The notes: generated from the letters alone by a model not told the origin. A stretch of 64,000 bases of DNA from Patellaria atrata CBS 101060 (GCA_010093705.1 MU006090.1:2038022-2102021), one strand, 5' to 3'. Shown: positions 1-12,713, counted from the first letter of the stretch. Numbers and translations: made by a program.

Positions 1-2784
1 CCATTCTCCAGTACCCTGTGCCCAGGGAGCGGGATACTTGGGTGGTGAAGTTGAGCCCCAAAGAGGACTCTATTCAACGTATTAGTGATTTGCCCCTTTC
101 TTGACGTATGAACCTGAGATGTGGTGGATATGGAAGCTCGTTAAGCTGGGAACCCCCTTAAGGGAGCAATAACTTACATGTTCATCCTGAGCGTAGGCTA
201 AGCCCGCTGCGAGGAGCAACGCTGCAGAAACTTCGAGCTTCATGGCGATAAGAGAAAGAGAAGGACCGGAACCGTGAGACCGAAGACGAAGGCGAAGACG
301 AAGATGAAGAATGAAAGACCCAGAACTCTATGAGATACTGAAACTCAGGACTAATTGAATGAGGGGACAATGATGAAAAAAGAATAGAACCTGTGAAGCA
401 TTTAAAGAAGTCAATATATACCTAGAAGGCTGAGATGCCATGGACGGAACGTGAGTTCGTACAACCCACGGGCGGCCCAACGCATCCTTCGGGACTGCAG
501 TTGTATCCGGAACAGTGGTGCTGAATCTCTTAGTGCTCGAATTGCGCGGTGTTGATTCTCGGTGTTGTACTGCTCAGAATAGACCCTCGCGGGGAAAGAA
601 AGAATACTCGAGACAATTGGTAACCGTGCCTAGTCGCTAGTCCATGGGACGAGAGCCCTGGGCGTGCTCAGTATCATCCGTAAGAAAGGGAGTTTGCCGT
701 CTATTCTTCTTTCGTTTAACATGCTCATATGCAGCCAAGATGATTATGAGGCACTGTTCCTGCCATTTGTTTAATCTCTTGAATGTAATTGATATCAAAA
801 CTCGTAAAGCATGGACATTCTCACATGGCATTACTAGTGAGTGACTGGTAAGTGAAACAAAGATTTGCTGCATTAGCCTCTGTTGAGCAAGTTGAACAGA
901 GGGATACTGGCTGGTACCTTACTGCTTGCTCAGCTAGGTGCCTTGGTAATGGTTGGTGGTTCTGCAATGAGAGCGTTTCTTCCATTCTTTTCCCCTGGCC
1001 AGCAGCCACGTGGAACCCGGTCGGTCTGTGGGGCCGTTATAGAATAAGTACGGACTAAAAAACCCGTTGATTTGGGAAGTGGTAGTAAAGTCGGCGCTTA
1101 TTAGTACCCTTTTCAGAGTAGTTTACGCTTAGTTTCTGCCTCCATTGTTAATTATACAGTACGATTGCCAACTTTAGGCACAGCGGGATATCATTACCAA
1201 AGTATATTACAATCTTCAAGTGTAAACTTAGCCATGTGTATGCATTGTTAAGGGATGGGCGACGGCATGAAGGAGGAAATATCAATAGGTACAGAGTCAC
1301 ATTTGTGTTTTAAACATACTTTAGAAGCTATTAATTGGTCGATTGTTGATGAAATGAATTGGCGCGGAGAGTTGGCTTTGAGAGAGGCGTTTAGAGGAGA
1401 GGGGGTTAACTGAGAGAGGCGGTTCTGCCTAGAAGCGGGATCGTATTTTGAGGCGGCGGAATGTCTCCCGGCGGGATGCTTGGTGCCAAGTTATCAAAAG
1501 GATTTGCCCTAAGGTCCCCCTTAGGTTAAAACTTTACCGCTTATGCAAGGCTGACTCGGCTGAAACGGATTTTTCGAACCGTCAAGAGCTGCACTGTCAT
1601 AAATTCTAGGCGCGGTGAACGCGCGAATATATATGGTAAAGCCCGCTTTCTATTACATTTGGTTGGCGTGGGAGGATGGAGTATTGTACCTTAGTCTTCA
1701 TGTACGAAAAGACGCTTGAACAATTATAGTAACCTGTAAGTTATACCGCCCATTAGCCATTATTGACTGTTCCTTCGAACGATCCTTACCGTAGTGACGA
1801 ATATTACACCTGTTGAAAATCCAGAGCAACGGGTCTCTCAAGTCTACAGGGCTGATTCTTTTCATCAGATACATTTCGCAATTGAAGCGCGAATTATTTC
1901 CTACAATTACCATATGCTCTACGTTTACACTTTACGACATGCTACAGCTACCTGCTACAGCTACTGAGCAATTGAGAGCACAACCTGCTCAACACCTCAC
2001 GATGTCCGCCCCGGCCGGAAAAACATCAGCCTCGTTAGGCCACAGGTGGTAACTTTCTCATTGAACGTTCTTAACAGGCTTCCTCGCAAATTTCCCTTTC
2101 CTCTCTTTGGTGCATCAATGGCGGGCGAGAATCTGGGAAATGTTGAATACGCCCGGGAAATTTTCACGCATGGCACGGATTTTCGGGGTTTGCAGAGCTG
2201 CACGGCCATGTCGTGCTTCGAAGCGAGGCCAAATAAACGTTCTCGACCCCTGGGAGCATTCTACCCTTTTGGGATGGTTGCACGTTGGTTGTCTGGCTAA
2301 CTGGCTTGAGTCTGGCTCTCCCTTTGAACCTGCAGAGTCTAAACAGAATTGCAGCTTACAGGATATGTCAAGCAATCCTATAAACTACTACCCCAGACGC
2401 CTTGACGACGGTGAACACCGTGAACTGGTCATTATCGACAATATTTTCTTCTCCAGGGTATGTCGTTGCGACTCCACCTGCCAATTATCAGGGTCTAGGG
2501 TTGTGTAAACCCCCAGGTTAGGTTGTCAGCCGTATCGTGGCTCCATCTCGAATTTGGTCAGACCGTCCCACATAAGCTGTAGAAACGGTGAACTATCAAC
2601 TTTATTGAGACCGCAATATCCCCATGAGACACATTGACGCCTTCTCACACCCATATGCGGAACGTACTTCCTCGACTGACTCTTCATCGTTGATTCTTGA
2701 TGCGCTATTTCTGACATGCTCACAGGTTAAACTGTACTGTACGTGGCCGTGGTAGCCCTTGATATCCCACCCTAGGGAATCCCA

Positions 2785-3178
2785 CGGACAAGAGAGTCAA
2801 AAATGCTTATCACGTACCCTGTGTACGCGCGTACAGCCTATCATAATCGCAAGCCTTCCAATTATGGAACCATGTATAACCTATCATAATCGCAGGCCTT
2901 CCAGTTATGGAGCCGTGTAACCTGGATTTCTCTGACGGACAAGCCGAGTCAAAATGCTTGTCTACACTTTATGTTTCCATGAAAGACCTATCATCACTGA
3001 CTTTCCAGGAAGTCCCAGGTAACCTTCTGCAATGTGAGAAGACTTTACGGACAACACGAGTCAAAATACACAGCAGAATGCTGGTTATGCTCCCCGCGAC
3101 GCCAATCGCAATCACGGCCTTTTTTCACATACAAGCAAATCCGATTTTGTCGGACAAGAAAAGTTTAAAATGCTTGTC
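2785..3178. repeat. Degenerate ~105-110-bp tandem repeat (4 units) with an internal 43-bp duplication
   Basis: Motif CGGACAA-N3-[G/A]AGT(C/T)AAAATGCTT, with variants, at 2785, 2936, 3048 and 3151. CCTATCATAATCGCARGCCTTCCARTTATGGARCCRTGTA is duplicated at 2837 and 2880. Confidence 0.7.
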
Positions 3179-4798
3179 AGGAACAGTAACACCTTGTACA
3201 AGGTCCTGAGCAGTCTCGGCTTTGGACGGTGAAATTCCAGGCTAACCATGCCGTCGCAGGTCGGAGTTATTTTATCACACGCAATGCCAGATTATCAGAC
3301 GATCTTGTGAAACCATGACGGTTGTTCCCGTTATACAGAAATCGAATAAGCCGCCCATTTCGACTTGGTTGGGTCGGTCCAGTCTCGGTGACTATTATAG
3401 GAAGTAGTGTACTGCTTATTCTACCTCCTATTTGCGGTCGCATCTCTACATCAAGCAGTTGAAAGCACCGCTTGTTCTGCTGCAAAGGACGGTCGAAACT
3501 CCACCAACATTTCTCAGCATCACCTCGGGAAGTTATGAATCAGTTATCCGTTTTGCGCGGAGATCATTTGTCGTTACACTGTTCACGAAGTTGTGCCGTG
3601 TGCTGAACCATAGGCGTAAGCACCTAAACTCATCCTGTTTCTACCGGCAAGACTTACCAAGCGTTGGCTACATCTCTCAATAAGGGGCGTTAATATAGAC
3701 AGAATTTGCCTCGCATATTTCTGTTCCCCTTCCCTTTTTCCTTTATTTATCAACACTGATCATTCTTTCGAAATAAAGTAACCAAGAAGCCGGAGAAAGG
3801 CCCGTTACTGCCAAGTAGGACTATGGAGACAACTCCACCGTTTCGATCAAAAAGTCTGAAAACGTACGAAAGCATCGTCCGTCCGACGTTCGACGAAATT
3901 CTACCTTGAGAATTTCTCGATTGGGAGATGGACATCTGGGAGAAACTGTTCTGCTGCGACGATCTTCGCTAAAGCGGATTGTTCGAGACGATTGAAGTCC
4001 ATCCTCTATTCGAGTGCGACCTGCTAAGGACCTCATTTTGAGGTCTCACGCATATCGCAGTCAATAAGAGAGGTTTTCCCTCCATAATCGGTCTGCAGAA
4101 GCACCGAACCAACCGACCGTTATCTCAGTGTGGCAGGTTCCATACTGGCCTCGATAGGCACCACCTCAGCTTCCGCCGGCCTCTCAACCCTCCCGAAGTA
4201 ATGCATTTAAAGCACACAAGGTCCCGAGTGACGGTATCGCTACGAAGAAGGTGATATATTACAACTATGCATACAGAGTCCACCCTGGTGCAAGTTGTCA
4301 CATGGTATTACTCTCTTGATGCGCGTAAGAATTGCGGGGTACAGATCATCTGTGTGCCTGTAGATCAGAGATCTTGGAGGATTGAGATGGTAAGATCGGA
4401 TCGCAGGATAATATGCAAGATGTGCATGATAAAATAGCCCTTTTATCCGGGCGCAATGACTGTCCTAGAACCTGGCGGTTGGAATTCTGTTGCAAAAAAT
4501 CGTCTTCGGGGGAGAGAGGGGGTTTTGAAAATGCACGGTTCGGAGTCGGAGGGTGACCGAAATAGATCGCGAGGATGTGAGGTTACACAACATCCAGCTT
4601 CAACACAGAACCTTGAAACTAATCTCTACCTATATGAACAGGAAACCTTGACATAAACACAGTGGAGATTCCAGCTTAGGTGCATCAAAGTGGATCTTGA
4701 GTGTAAAAGAACGACATCTAATAAACCTGCTAAGGGCTTGTCCCATCAGCAACAACAGGCCTCATTATGCCAAAATTTAGTTCTCGCTACGGAAATAA

Positions 4799-5902
4799 TC
4801 ATGGGAGACCGCGACCCGAATTGACGGCTTTGGCCAGCTGAGAAGTGTCTGGTCGATTCTCTGTTCACGCAACTCAATTCGTCAATAATATTCCTGAGAA
4901 ACACCTGAAATACAGCAGCTGTGGCAGCAACGGGAAATTCCATGCATGGGAAACACGACGTACCTGCATATCTTTCGTAACTATCTAGATATAAGTCATC
5001 AGTGCTGGTGGTGGCCTGCACATGTTCGTTCTTCTCGATAGCTTCGACCCACTTTGCCCATCTAGTGTCCGGTTCTGGATCTGGCCATCCTCGATATGGC
5101 TTCAATACTCTGTTAAGACGTATGATCCAAGGCGCGATCTGGACATCTACAAAGCTCACGTCTGATCCGAGAAAGAAGGGACCTCCACCAACTGCAGCAT
5201 CAAGTAACTTGGATATCTCAGTCTTAAGCTCTCCCGCGAGGTCCATCTGCTTGTTTACATCTTGCTCTTGCAAATATCGATAAAAACTGGGGATTACATG
5301 CCGATTGATCTATGAAAATCTGAGTCAGTTGTGTTCAGGGCCGTGGGCTGGGGTCTATCACATGGTCACTCCAAAGACGGCTATATGCCCTGCCTTTGGC
5401 ATCTGAAGGAAGTAGTGATTGTCCAACATTTAGGTCTTCCAGCTAGAATAGATGGTCAACATATCCTTGAACGGAAATCTGGTTAAGTCTTAACTCACAT
5501 ATTCCATCAATACCGTACTTTCGTAGCAGCCCCAATCTCCATGTCTCAAGGCTGGAACTAGGCCTCGTGGATTGACGTCCAGAAGAGATTGTGGCTTTTT
5601 GTACGGATCGACTTCAATATACTGATATGGAATCCCTTTTGCTTCTAAAGAGATCCATACTCGTTGGACAAACGGGCTATTGGAGAAGAATGTCAACTTT
5701 TGGCCCTATCTGCGAGCACTTACACGGTAACGAAAATACAGATCACATCCTAAACGGTAAGACCCATAACTTACCAAAAGCAACTGCCATAGAGCTTTAA
5801 ATCTTCTTCTGCCGAATGCCTTTTTACAGTATTCAGAGCAGTTCCGGTAGCTTTTTTGTGATAAGTCTTCTTTTCAGTCCGGCTTTTGTCAGCTTCTGTC
5901 AT
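4799..5902 (-). CDS. Glutathione S-transferase (omega-like, CPF active site), multi-exon
   Basis: Spliced translation MTEADK...LKLYGSCFCPFVQRVWISLEAKGIPYQYIEVDPYKKP...NPRGLVPAL...ESTVLMEY; C-terminal domain GPFFLG...DVQIAPW...RGLP*. GT-AG introns. Confidence 0.9.
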
Positions 5903-6054
5903 ATTTCAATTATAGTGCAGAATTTATTTGTGAAATTGAACGAGGATTTTCTTCTCGAAAGTGTTTAAAAGCTAGGCTACCTCCCCTTTTGGACCGAATA
6001 TAAGTTTTGGTGCCCCGCACTTTCGGATGGGTAGGAATGTTCTGTGCGATGACG

Positions 6055-7244
6055 TTATAAAGATGAAATATCACAAACCTCAGCTTGTTTCTTTTCCTTT
6101 TCGTCTTTCACAGCGAATCTAATTACGCTGTTCTTTTTAATTCTGTCGGAATCTTGCAATGTGTGTTTATGCCCTCCGGATACACCATCATTCTTTCCAT
6201 TACCGTTATTTCCGTTCACTCTCTGTATGGTATAATACTTCCCACTATATATAGGGTTTGCCCCCATAGTGTTAGGCGGTGAAGCGATAGTGTTTATGGG
6301 CCATAGAGACCCTCCTGAGGTGAATGTTTCGACAGAAGCTTGTGAGTAGAAGGTCTGTGTTTGCTGAGCAACACACTGATCAGGTCCACTAGCCTGAACA
6401 AAAAGCTCTGGTGGCAAAGCTCCTGGTTGATACTCTGTGATCTTAATCTTCACATCGCAGAGATTCAATTCCCGCGCTACTCTCTTTCGCTTTTTCTTAG
6501 TTGGATCATCGGACTTCTTCGTTCCTGGGGGTCGACCTTTCAAACGACAATCCCAGTAATAGGACTTGAAAGGCTTCCGCTTATATCTTTGAGTTGACCG
6601 ATGGGAATAAACATTATCGACGTGAGGAAAATAAGTCAAAAACCTAAGTCAATATCTAATTTAGTTCACCGGGCCAGATGGAAGTCCCATTTGACGTACT
6701 GTTCCTCTGTCATTACGATTGTTTCATTGATATTGAATAATCGTTCCCTCCAAACATCAAGATCTGGAGGGTCTTTAATGTGCAGAAATCCATGCAAGGT
6801 ATCTTCTGTTTGATCTGCTACTTCTGTTTGATCGGTTATGGAGAATATCGGAGATTCTTGTCGTGGTTCGGGGACAGCATTTTGCTGTGGAGCGAGACTA
6901 AATTGAGTTGTAGTAGTGTTAAGCTGCTGATTATTGAAGGCCTGTGCAACCGAATGAGGTTGTATTGGTAGACTTTGGGCTACGCCATGGCTAAAGCCGT
7001 ATGTGATATCTGGGTGAAGCGGATGGGCCTGAGTTCCGCCCTGTAGAGGCTGAACGGCTTGAGTATATCGCTGTGGATAAGAATTAATGTTTGCTAAACC
7101 GAAACTGGGAAGCTCCGGCGGAAGACTGTTCAGATCATGTTGCAGTAAAGCTGAACCTTGAGGATGGGCGAGACCATGTAAAATAGCCGGTTGAAGAATA
7201 CGTTGGACTGCTGGCTGTAATGGCCGATGATGAGCAGCAGACAT
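6055..7244 (-). CDS. Putative DNA-binding protein with a WRKY/GCM/FAR1/AFT-like zinc ribbon; may splice onto the downstream GST
   Basis: Two ORFs joined by a short GTACGT...TAG intron near 6645-6700. Motif YYWDCRLKG...KKKRKRVARELNLCDVKIKITEY...GGHKHTL (C...C...HxH plus a basic NLS). Q/P/H-rich N-terminus. Confidence 0.75.
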
Positions 7245-7989
7245 GACAAATTGATGATCTTCGACAGCACCTAGATAAAACTATAGTCCTATGTTGACGC
7301 TGCTTTAACGTTGGAGATCAAACGGCAAGATGTTAAAAGAGGATAAAAAGATTTACCGAGAGCTTATGGGAACGACAGATCTGCCATCATTGCAATTCAT
7401 TGGTCAGTAGAATGTGGTAGCACCTCGGCTACCATTGCGTTGTAATTGAGTTCCAGAATGGGTATAACGGCATATCAAGACGAGGTTCTTCTTGATTTCG
7501 TCTTCCAACCATTCTAGCCGCAAAAAGTTCAATGACGGACTCTGTCGATTTATGATCAGATGATTTGCAATCCTCATTTTGAAATATATATTTATAATGC
7601 GATGCGTAACTTCCCGTAAGGACTAATGTCCCTGATTCATCAGCTCATCTATACTTAGAAAAGTCTCATTGATAATTCTACATTATAGGATACACATCAT
7701 GAGATTCGCCAAAATGCAAAATGGTGCATGAACGTCCTAACATACAAACATCGCCCAGATCCCTAGATTATGAGAATAAAGCCAGAAGCAATAGAAGTTG
7801 GAGACCATAGCTTGACCCGCTTGAGCCAGGCAGGAAATTGTAAAGAGTACTTTAGGAATAAGGTATTCACCGTCTCACGGCGAATAGCTGCAGATATAAT
7901 CAGTTCTAAGATCGTTCACCCTCTCACAGTCAAGGCATTCTAGCTTCATAAGGTCTCCTATTAGGTCTCTGACTACACGGTCTCGACAA

Positions 7990-8345
7990 CCGGGCTATTG
8001 AAAACGACCTAGTTGCACGAAACAACTCAGCTGTGCAGAATGACTGGGTTGTACAGAACAACTGATCTGTGCGAATTGACCCAGCTGTACAAATCCACCG
8101 AGCTGTACATAATAACCGAGCTGTGCAAAAGGACCAAGCTGCATAAGATGGCTGAATAGTACGAAGGACTAGACGGTATGGGATGACTAAATCTGCGAAA
8201 AGACTCCATGTACCATAAAGACGCCACTGTAGGAGACAACTTAACTGTGCAAAATGAAGCGACTGCGTAGTATAAAATGAGCAGAATTCACAGAAGAGTG
8301 AGCGGAACGAACACAATGAGTAGACTGCATTGAATGAATAGACTA
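7990..8345 (-). repeat. Degenerate 18-bp tandem repeat, probably a disrupted hexapeptide-repeat gene
   Basis: Consecutive plus-strand 18-mers: gctgtgcagaatgactgg, gttgtacagaacaactga, tctgtgcgaattgaccca, gctgtacaaatccaccga, gctgtacataataaccga, gctgtgcaaaaggaccaa. A minus frame reads MQLGPFAQLGYYVQLGGFVQLGQFAQISCSVQPSHSAQLSCFVQLGRF, with flanking stops. Confidence 0.7.
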
Positions 8346-8971
8346 TACGGAAGGACAGACCGTAGAATATTACATTTCAATGTACAAAAGTCTAAAGCGT
8401 ATATAAAGAATGAACTGTACAAGAAACGAGGTCCTACACAATACAATAGCTGCCCGGATGCTAAAGTGTACTAAAGTAGGAGATCTACGGTTACCAACTT
8501 GACTGTGTATCGGGCTTTTGAACTTAAGTACTCTGATAACAAGGAACGAAATGAATTTTGACAAAAGTGCTTAACGAAACTAACCTGAAGGACACGAGAT
8601 GGATGGTGAGTTGAATTTATGACGGTGGTACTGTATCTTCTGTATCTCGACGGGAGGGACATGAAACACGTTGAGTTGAGAGCGAATACCATCTTGAAGA
8701 CTGTGGTGTCCTATAGAGAAATTGAATGAATAGGGGAGATATTCTGTCGAGTGATGAGTGCGGTGAGAGCGATGTGATGAAGGGAAGGGAAGTTCTTTGA
8801 CGCGTGCCGCGGCACGTTCGAATTGCTCCTCCATCCCCGATCACCACTGAGAGCCCGCATACACCTCAATTCGCTTTTGAATCCTCTTCAGAAGTTGAGC
8901 GAATTCTCCCAGCGTTTCCCAAAACCCCACGCCTTAACACACGGAAATAGCCTTCCTTGCACACTTTTAAG

Positions 8972-9910
8972 ATGCCCGCGAGAAAGAGTAATGTCTCTAC
9001 AGCATCTGCCGTGGATGACAGTCCGGCGCGGGAATCAATGAGCGTCGAGGTAAAGATACATAGACTAGTTGCTCAATTCTTCATGTTAATGTCCCATAGG
9101 ATCTAAGTTTGCCTAGAACGATGGTTCAACGGCTTGCAAAAGGCGTCCTCCCACCCAACACCCAGATCCAAAAAGATGCCCTCCTCGCCATGTCCAAAAG
9201 CGCAACAGTATTCGTGAATTACCTCAGTTCCCAGTACATATACTTCTTTTCATCCCATACCATGCCAAATTCCTACACCCGTACGATAAGGCTAACAAGA
9301 TGATTGCTATAGCGCTAACGAAAAAGCACAATCCGCCTCCAAAAAGACAATTCAACCCAAAGACATTTTCGACGCGATCCAAGAGCTCGAATTCCCAGAC
9401 TTCATCCCGCGACTGGAAGCAGAGCTTGCGAGATATAATGCTGTTCAATGTGACAAACGGAATACCTACCGGCGCAAAGTGCGCGAAGAGAAAGCTGCTG
9501 CAGCGGCTGCGATATTGTCACAACAGGGCATCACGCCTGGGGATGCAAACTCCGCCTCTAAACCTGCCCCTGGCGCAAACCTCGATTCCTCGATGCTTGC
9601 GCCGGATATGAGCATGATATCGAACGGAACATCACGGCACGGCAACGATGGGGACGAACCTGCGTCGAAGAAGATGCGGAGGAGCGATGAAGAGGGGATC
9701 GATGATACTTTTGACGATGATGGGGATGAAGATGGGGAAGCTGGTGAAGGTGAGGGTGAGGGAGAAGAGGCACAGGACGATGAAGAAGTCGAGGATGATG
9801 TCCAGAGTGAGGATGATGAAGAGGGCGAGGAGCAGTTAGCGGAGGATCCATTGGAGGAAAGGAGAGAAGGCTTGGAGGAGGATGAGGAGTCTGGAGAGGA
9901 GAGTGATTAG
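8972..9910 (+). CDS. DPB4: DNA polymerase epsilon subunit D / CHRAC histone-fold protein
   Basis: MPARKS...EDLSLPRTMVQRLAKGVLPPNTQIQKDALLAMSKSATVFVNYL...KTIQPKDIFDAIQELEF histone fold with a long acidic tail. Introns at about 9050-9099 and 9234-9312. Confidence 0.9.
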
Positions 9911-10233
9911 AGAGATTGAGCTTCTAGGGAATGACGTATGCATGGTATTCGGAGTTTGTGGTCAAAGCATTTTGGGTCACGATTGTAACATGACCAGTGA
10001 TGAGAACGGGGTGAACAAGGTTACCGTAAGTCCATTTCAGCATGTTTTAGATTATGTCCCATTGCAGGCACCGTAACGCCAATCGCCATGAATTAGGCAA
10101 TGACTAGAGACGGATTTGCACTCAATCAACCATGTCTCCCCTTCTCATTAGTTTACATAAGTCGTAATCCATCAATCTTCATCGTGTGCAAGAACGACAA
10201 GCGATCAAAAGTCAGGGGGGTTCACGAGGGGGC

Positions 10234-10859
10234 TCACGAGACCCTACGATTCACCGGAACACTGTCGTCGAAGGGATCGCCATATCTGTCTAAATCCTCG
10301 TTAGTACCCTACTCACATTCAAGAAAAACCCTCAACGTCATTGGAATCTCTATGAACAACACTTACTCAGAATCATGGCATGCTTCTCAATCACCTGCTC
10401 CCAAGCTCTCGCGGCATCTTCCCTTGTCTTCTTGAACCTCCAAGCCGCACCCGGTGCAGTCTCCGGTGTATCCCAGGTATATCCCGTCTCCGGATCGGTT
10501 GAAATAGTACCAATTCCGTTTGCCTGAACACCTCCATCACTCTTGCCCTTCACACTCGAAGCGGCCGGTTTGTGTGACGTAATGAACCCTTTGAAGAAGG
10601 CGTCTAGGCGACCGGTGGTAGTGGATGGTCCTTGTGAGTTTGGTGGGGATAGTTCTGGGGAGCGCATGGTTTGCGATTGCGTCGGTGTTGTTGGTGATTC
10701 TTCGGCGTTTGAGGATTCGGCGCCGGGATCCATACGCTCGGGGGAGGGCGATCCCGAGGGCGAGGAGTGCATTGTACTGTCGCCATCGGCGTCGCGGTCT
10801 AGCTTGAAAAAGTTAGAGAGGAATGTGCGTCTGAGAAGAGGCTTGCGGAGGCGGGACAT
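10234..10859 (-). CDS. Hypothetical fungal protein (S/P-rich, C-terminal PGAAW...YGDPFDD motif)
   Basis: ORF 10350-10979 (ATG at 10859), an intron with a GTAAGT donor, and a final exon reading RYGDPFDDSVPVNRRVS*. Confidence 0.7.
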
Positions 10860-11850
10860 GTTGAAGTTATGGAGATAGAAGGTGGAAGAGCGAGAGGAGG
10901 TATGGGGGTGTACAAACCGAACGGGTCTACGATGGTTGCCATGGCTGATCTTCAAGTTTCGTTGTTTTGTATAGAGCAAATTTGGGCTTTATTAAGGTGG
11001 AAAATGATGAAGTAGAATTATTGTGAATGTAGTTATAGGCAACTTTCACGTGGAGGTGCGGGTGAAGCTTGGACTTCTCGTCTTAGGTTGAGTCGCCTTA
11101 TACGGTGGCCCGTGCTCAAGCTGGTTAATCCATGACCCAGCATCTTTTTTCGCCATTGTTCTCTAAGCTAGCTATACGAAAAGGACGCCGAGTTGACTGT
11201 AGAAGTCTTTAAGTCCCAAGAACAAGAATCGGAATCGAATCCGTTATACACACGCCGTGTACAGTAGCTGGGATTAATAGATCAGACCGAGGAAGAGACA
11301 TTCCTCCAACACCTACTGTACGCTGATAATCTAGAATAGCTTTGGCCTGGAAATATGGACAAGTAAATTCTGTACGGAGTTAGGTTTAAGAGTAAGTCGT
11401 TACGTGCACAGATAGAGTACAGTTTGAAGGAATTGAAATCTAAACAGAGAAAAGTAAGGAAGCTGTTGTGCACGTAAACCATACATTTATATAGCTGTTC
11501 GGTCCATCCTATATATAAGACCTCTTGGGGACTTTTCCAGTGGAAAGAATAATCTTTCAGAAACGTAGGAAGTGCTCCTGAGGTATTTACAAAATCAAAG
11601 CATATAAACGCCAGTGCAATGCACACTCCCGACCAAGGTTCGTCTCGTTTCATCAACATTATCGCGCTCTTCGAGAAAGCCAAGTATAGGTCTTATCGCT
11701 AGATTCTCGTTTAGCAACTCATTCCACCCCTCTTCCTTGGTGGGATTCCCCATTCCTTGGCATCCAGATCCAAAATTGTCTCGAAATCAGCATCCAAGTA
11801 AGTAAATATCACTCTTGATCTCTCCTTCCCTCATACCCAGCTTCCCTCAA

Positions 11851-12372
11851 TTAAATCAAGAAACCCATCAACCCTATTAGGAGTGTCTCCAAAAGTCCCA
11901 ACTCGTTCCTAACCGCTCCTCCTGTAGGGTTTCCATACACCGTGACCGGTCCAGTCTCAAACGTAAACCCACCCCCGGTAGTCGTCGGCAATACAAACCC
12001 GCCTAAGGATCCTGATAGTGTAGACGTTTGCGGAGTTTGACCAAAACCACCCACTGTGCCAGTGCATGCCGCGCCTTCCGGGCAGCATGCGATTTGCCCC
12101 GCTTGATCAGGCGAGCAGAGGGTTGAGTCTCTGCAACAGAAACCAACGGCCCCGATTTGTGCGCAGGAATTGTAACCGGAGGGGCACTCGTTGGATTGGC
12201 GTCGGAGCAGGGCTAGAGGGTTACCATTGAGGTTTGGATTCGGCGACCGTGAATCCAGGTCGGGAAGGGAGACTTCATGGATTGCGGGTTGGAATGGAGC
12301 GAGATGTGGGGAGGGATTGGCAGTGGCTAGGACGAGAAAGAGGAGCAGTAGTAATGGTTGTAAAGAGTGCAT
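11851..12372 (-). CDS. Small secreted Cys-rich, probably GPI-anchored protein
   Basis: Signal peptide MHSLQPLLLLLFLVLATA, Kex2-like RR, Cys domain CPSGYNSC...CC...C...CCPEGAAC, S/T/G stalk, hydrophobic C-terminus. Confidence 0.8.
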   Translation of the reverse strand: MHSLQPLLLLLFLVLATANPSPHLAPFQPAIHEVSLPDLDSRSPNPNLNGNPLALLRRQSNECPSGYNSCAQIGAVGFCCRDSTLCSPDQAGQIACCPEGAACTGTVGGFGQTPQTSTLSGSLGGFVLPTTTGGGFTFETGPVTVYGNPTGGAVRNELGLLETLLIGLMGFLI

Positions 12373-12713
12373 TGTAGTTCCTTGATGTGTTTTGTGCCGA
12401 AGATCGACAGGTGGATAGATTGGATATATCGTTTGACCAAGGCTGAGATGATTGCGCCGGTAAGTTAGAGGAGTAGTGCGGAGCAATTGATGGGCTGAAT
12501 GAGTGTCAGTAGGTATAGATTAAGGTGAGATAGGGACCATTGGTCACCTTGAGTTTGCTAAACCGACAGAGTTTATGTTAGAGATGGATATGATGTGAAT
12601 ATTGTGGTTGGAGAAAAGTTGGTGGAGCAGCCAGCGCACACGGCTCAATCGGGTAACTTGTTATGCACGAATTCAACAGGGCAACCATGTCTTGGCACTG
12701 ACCTCATCTTCCG

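Noticed and set aside
1513..1524. GGNCCCCCTTAG-like motif also seen near 150, 17702 and 40265
   Set aside because: Matches of 12 bp or less are expected by chance in 64 kb, and the flanks share no homology.
2785..3178. CRISPR-like interpretation of the spaced repeats
   Set aside because: Eukaryotic context, degenerate repeats, long and partly homologous spacers, and no cas genes.
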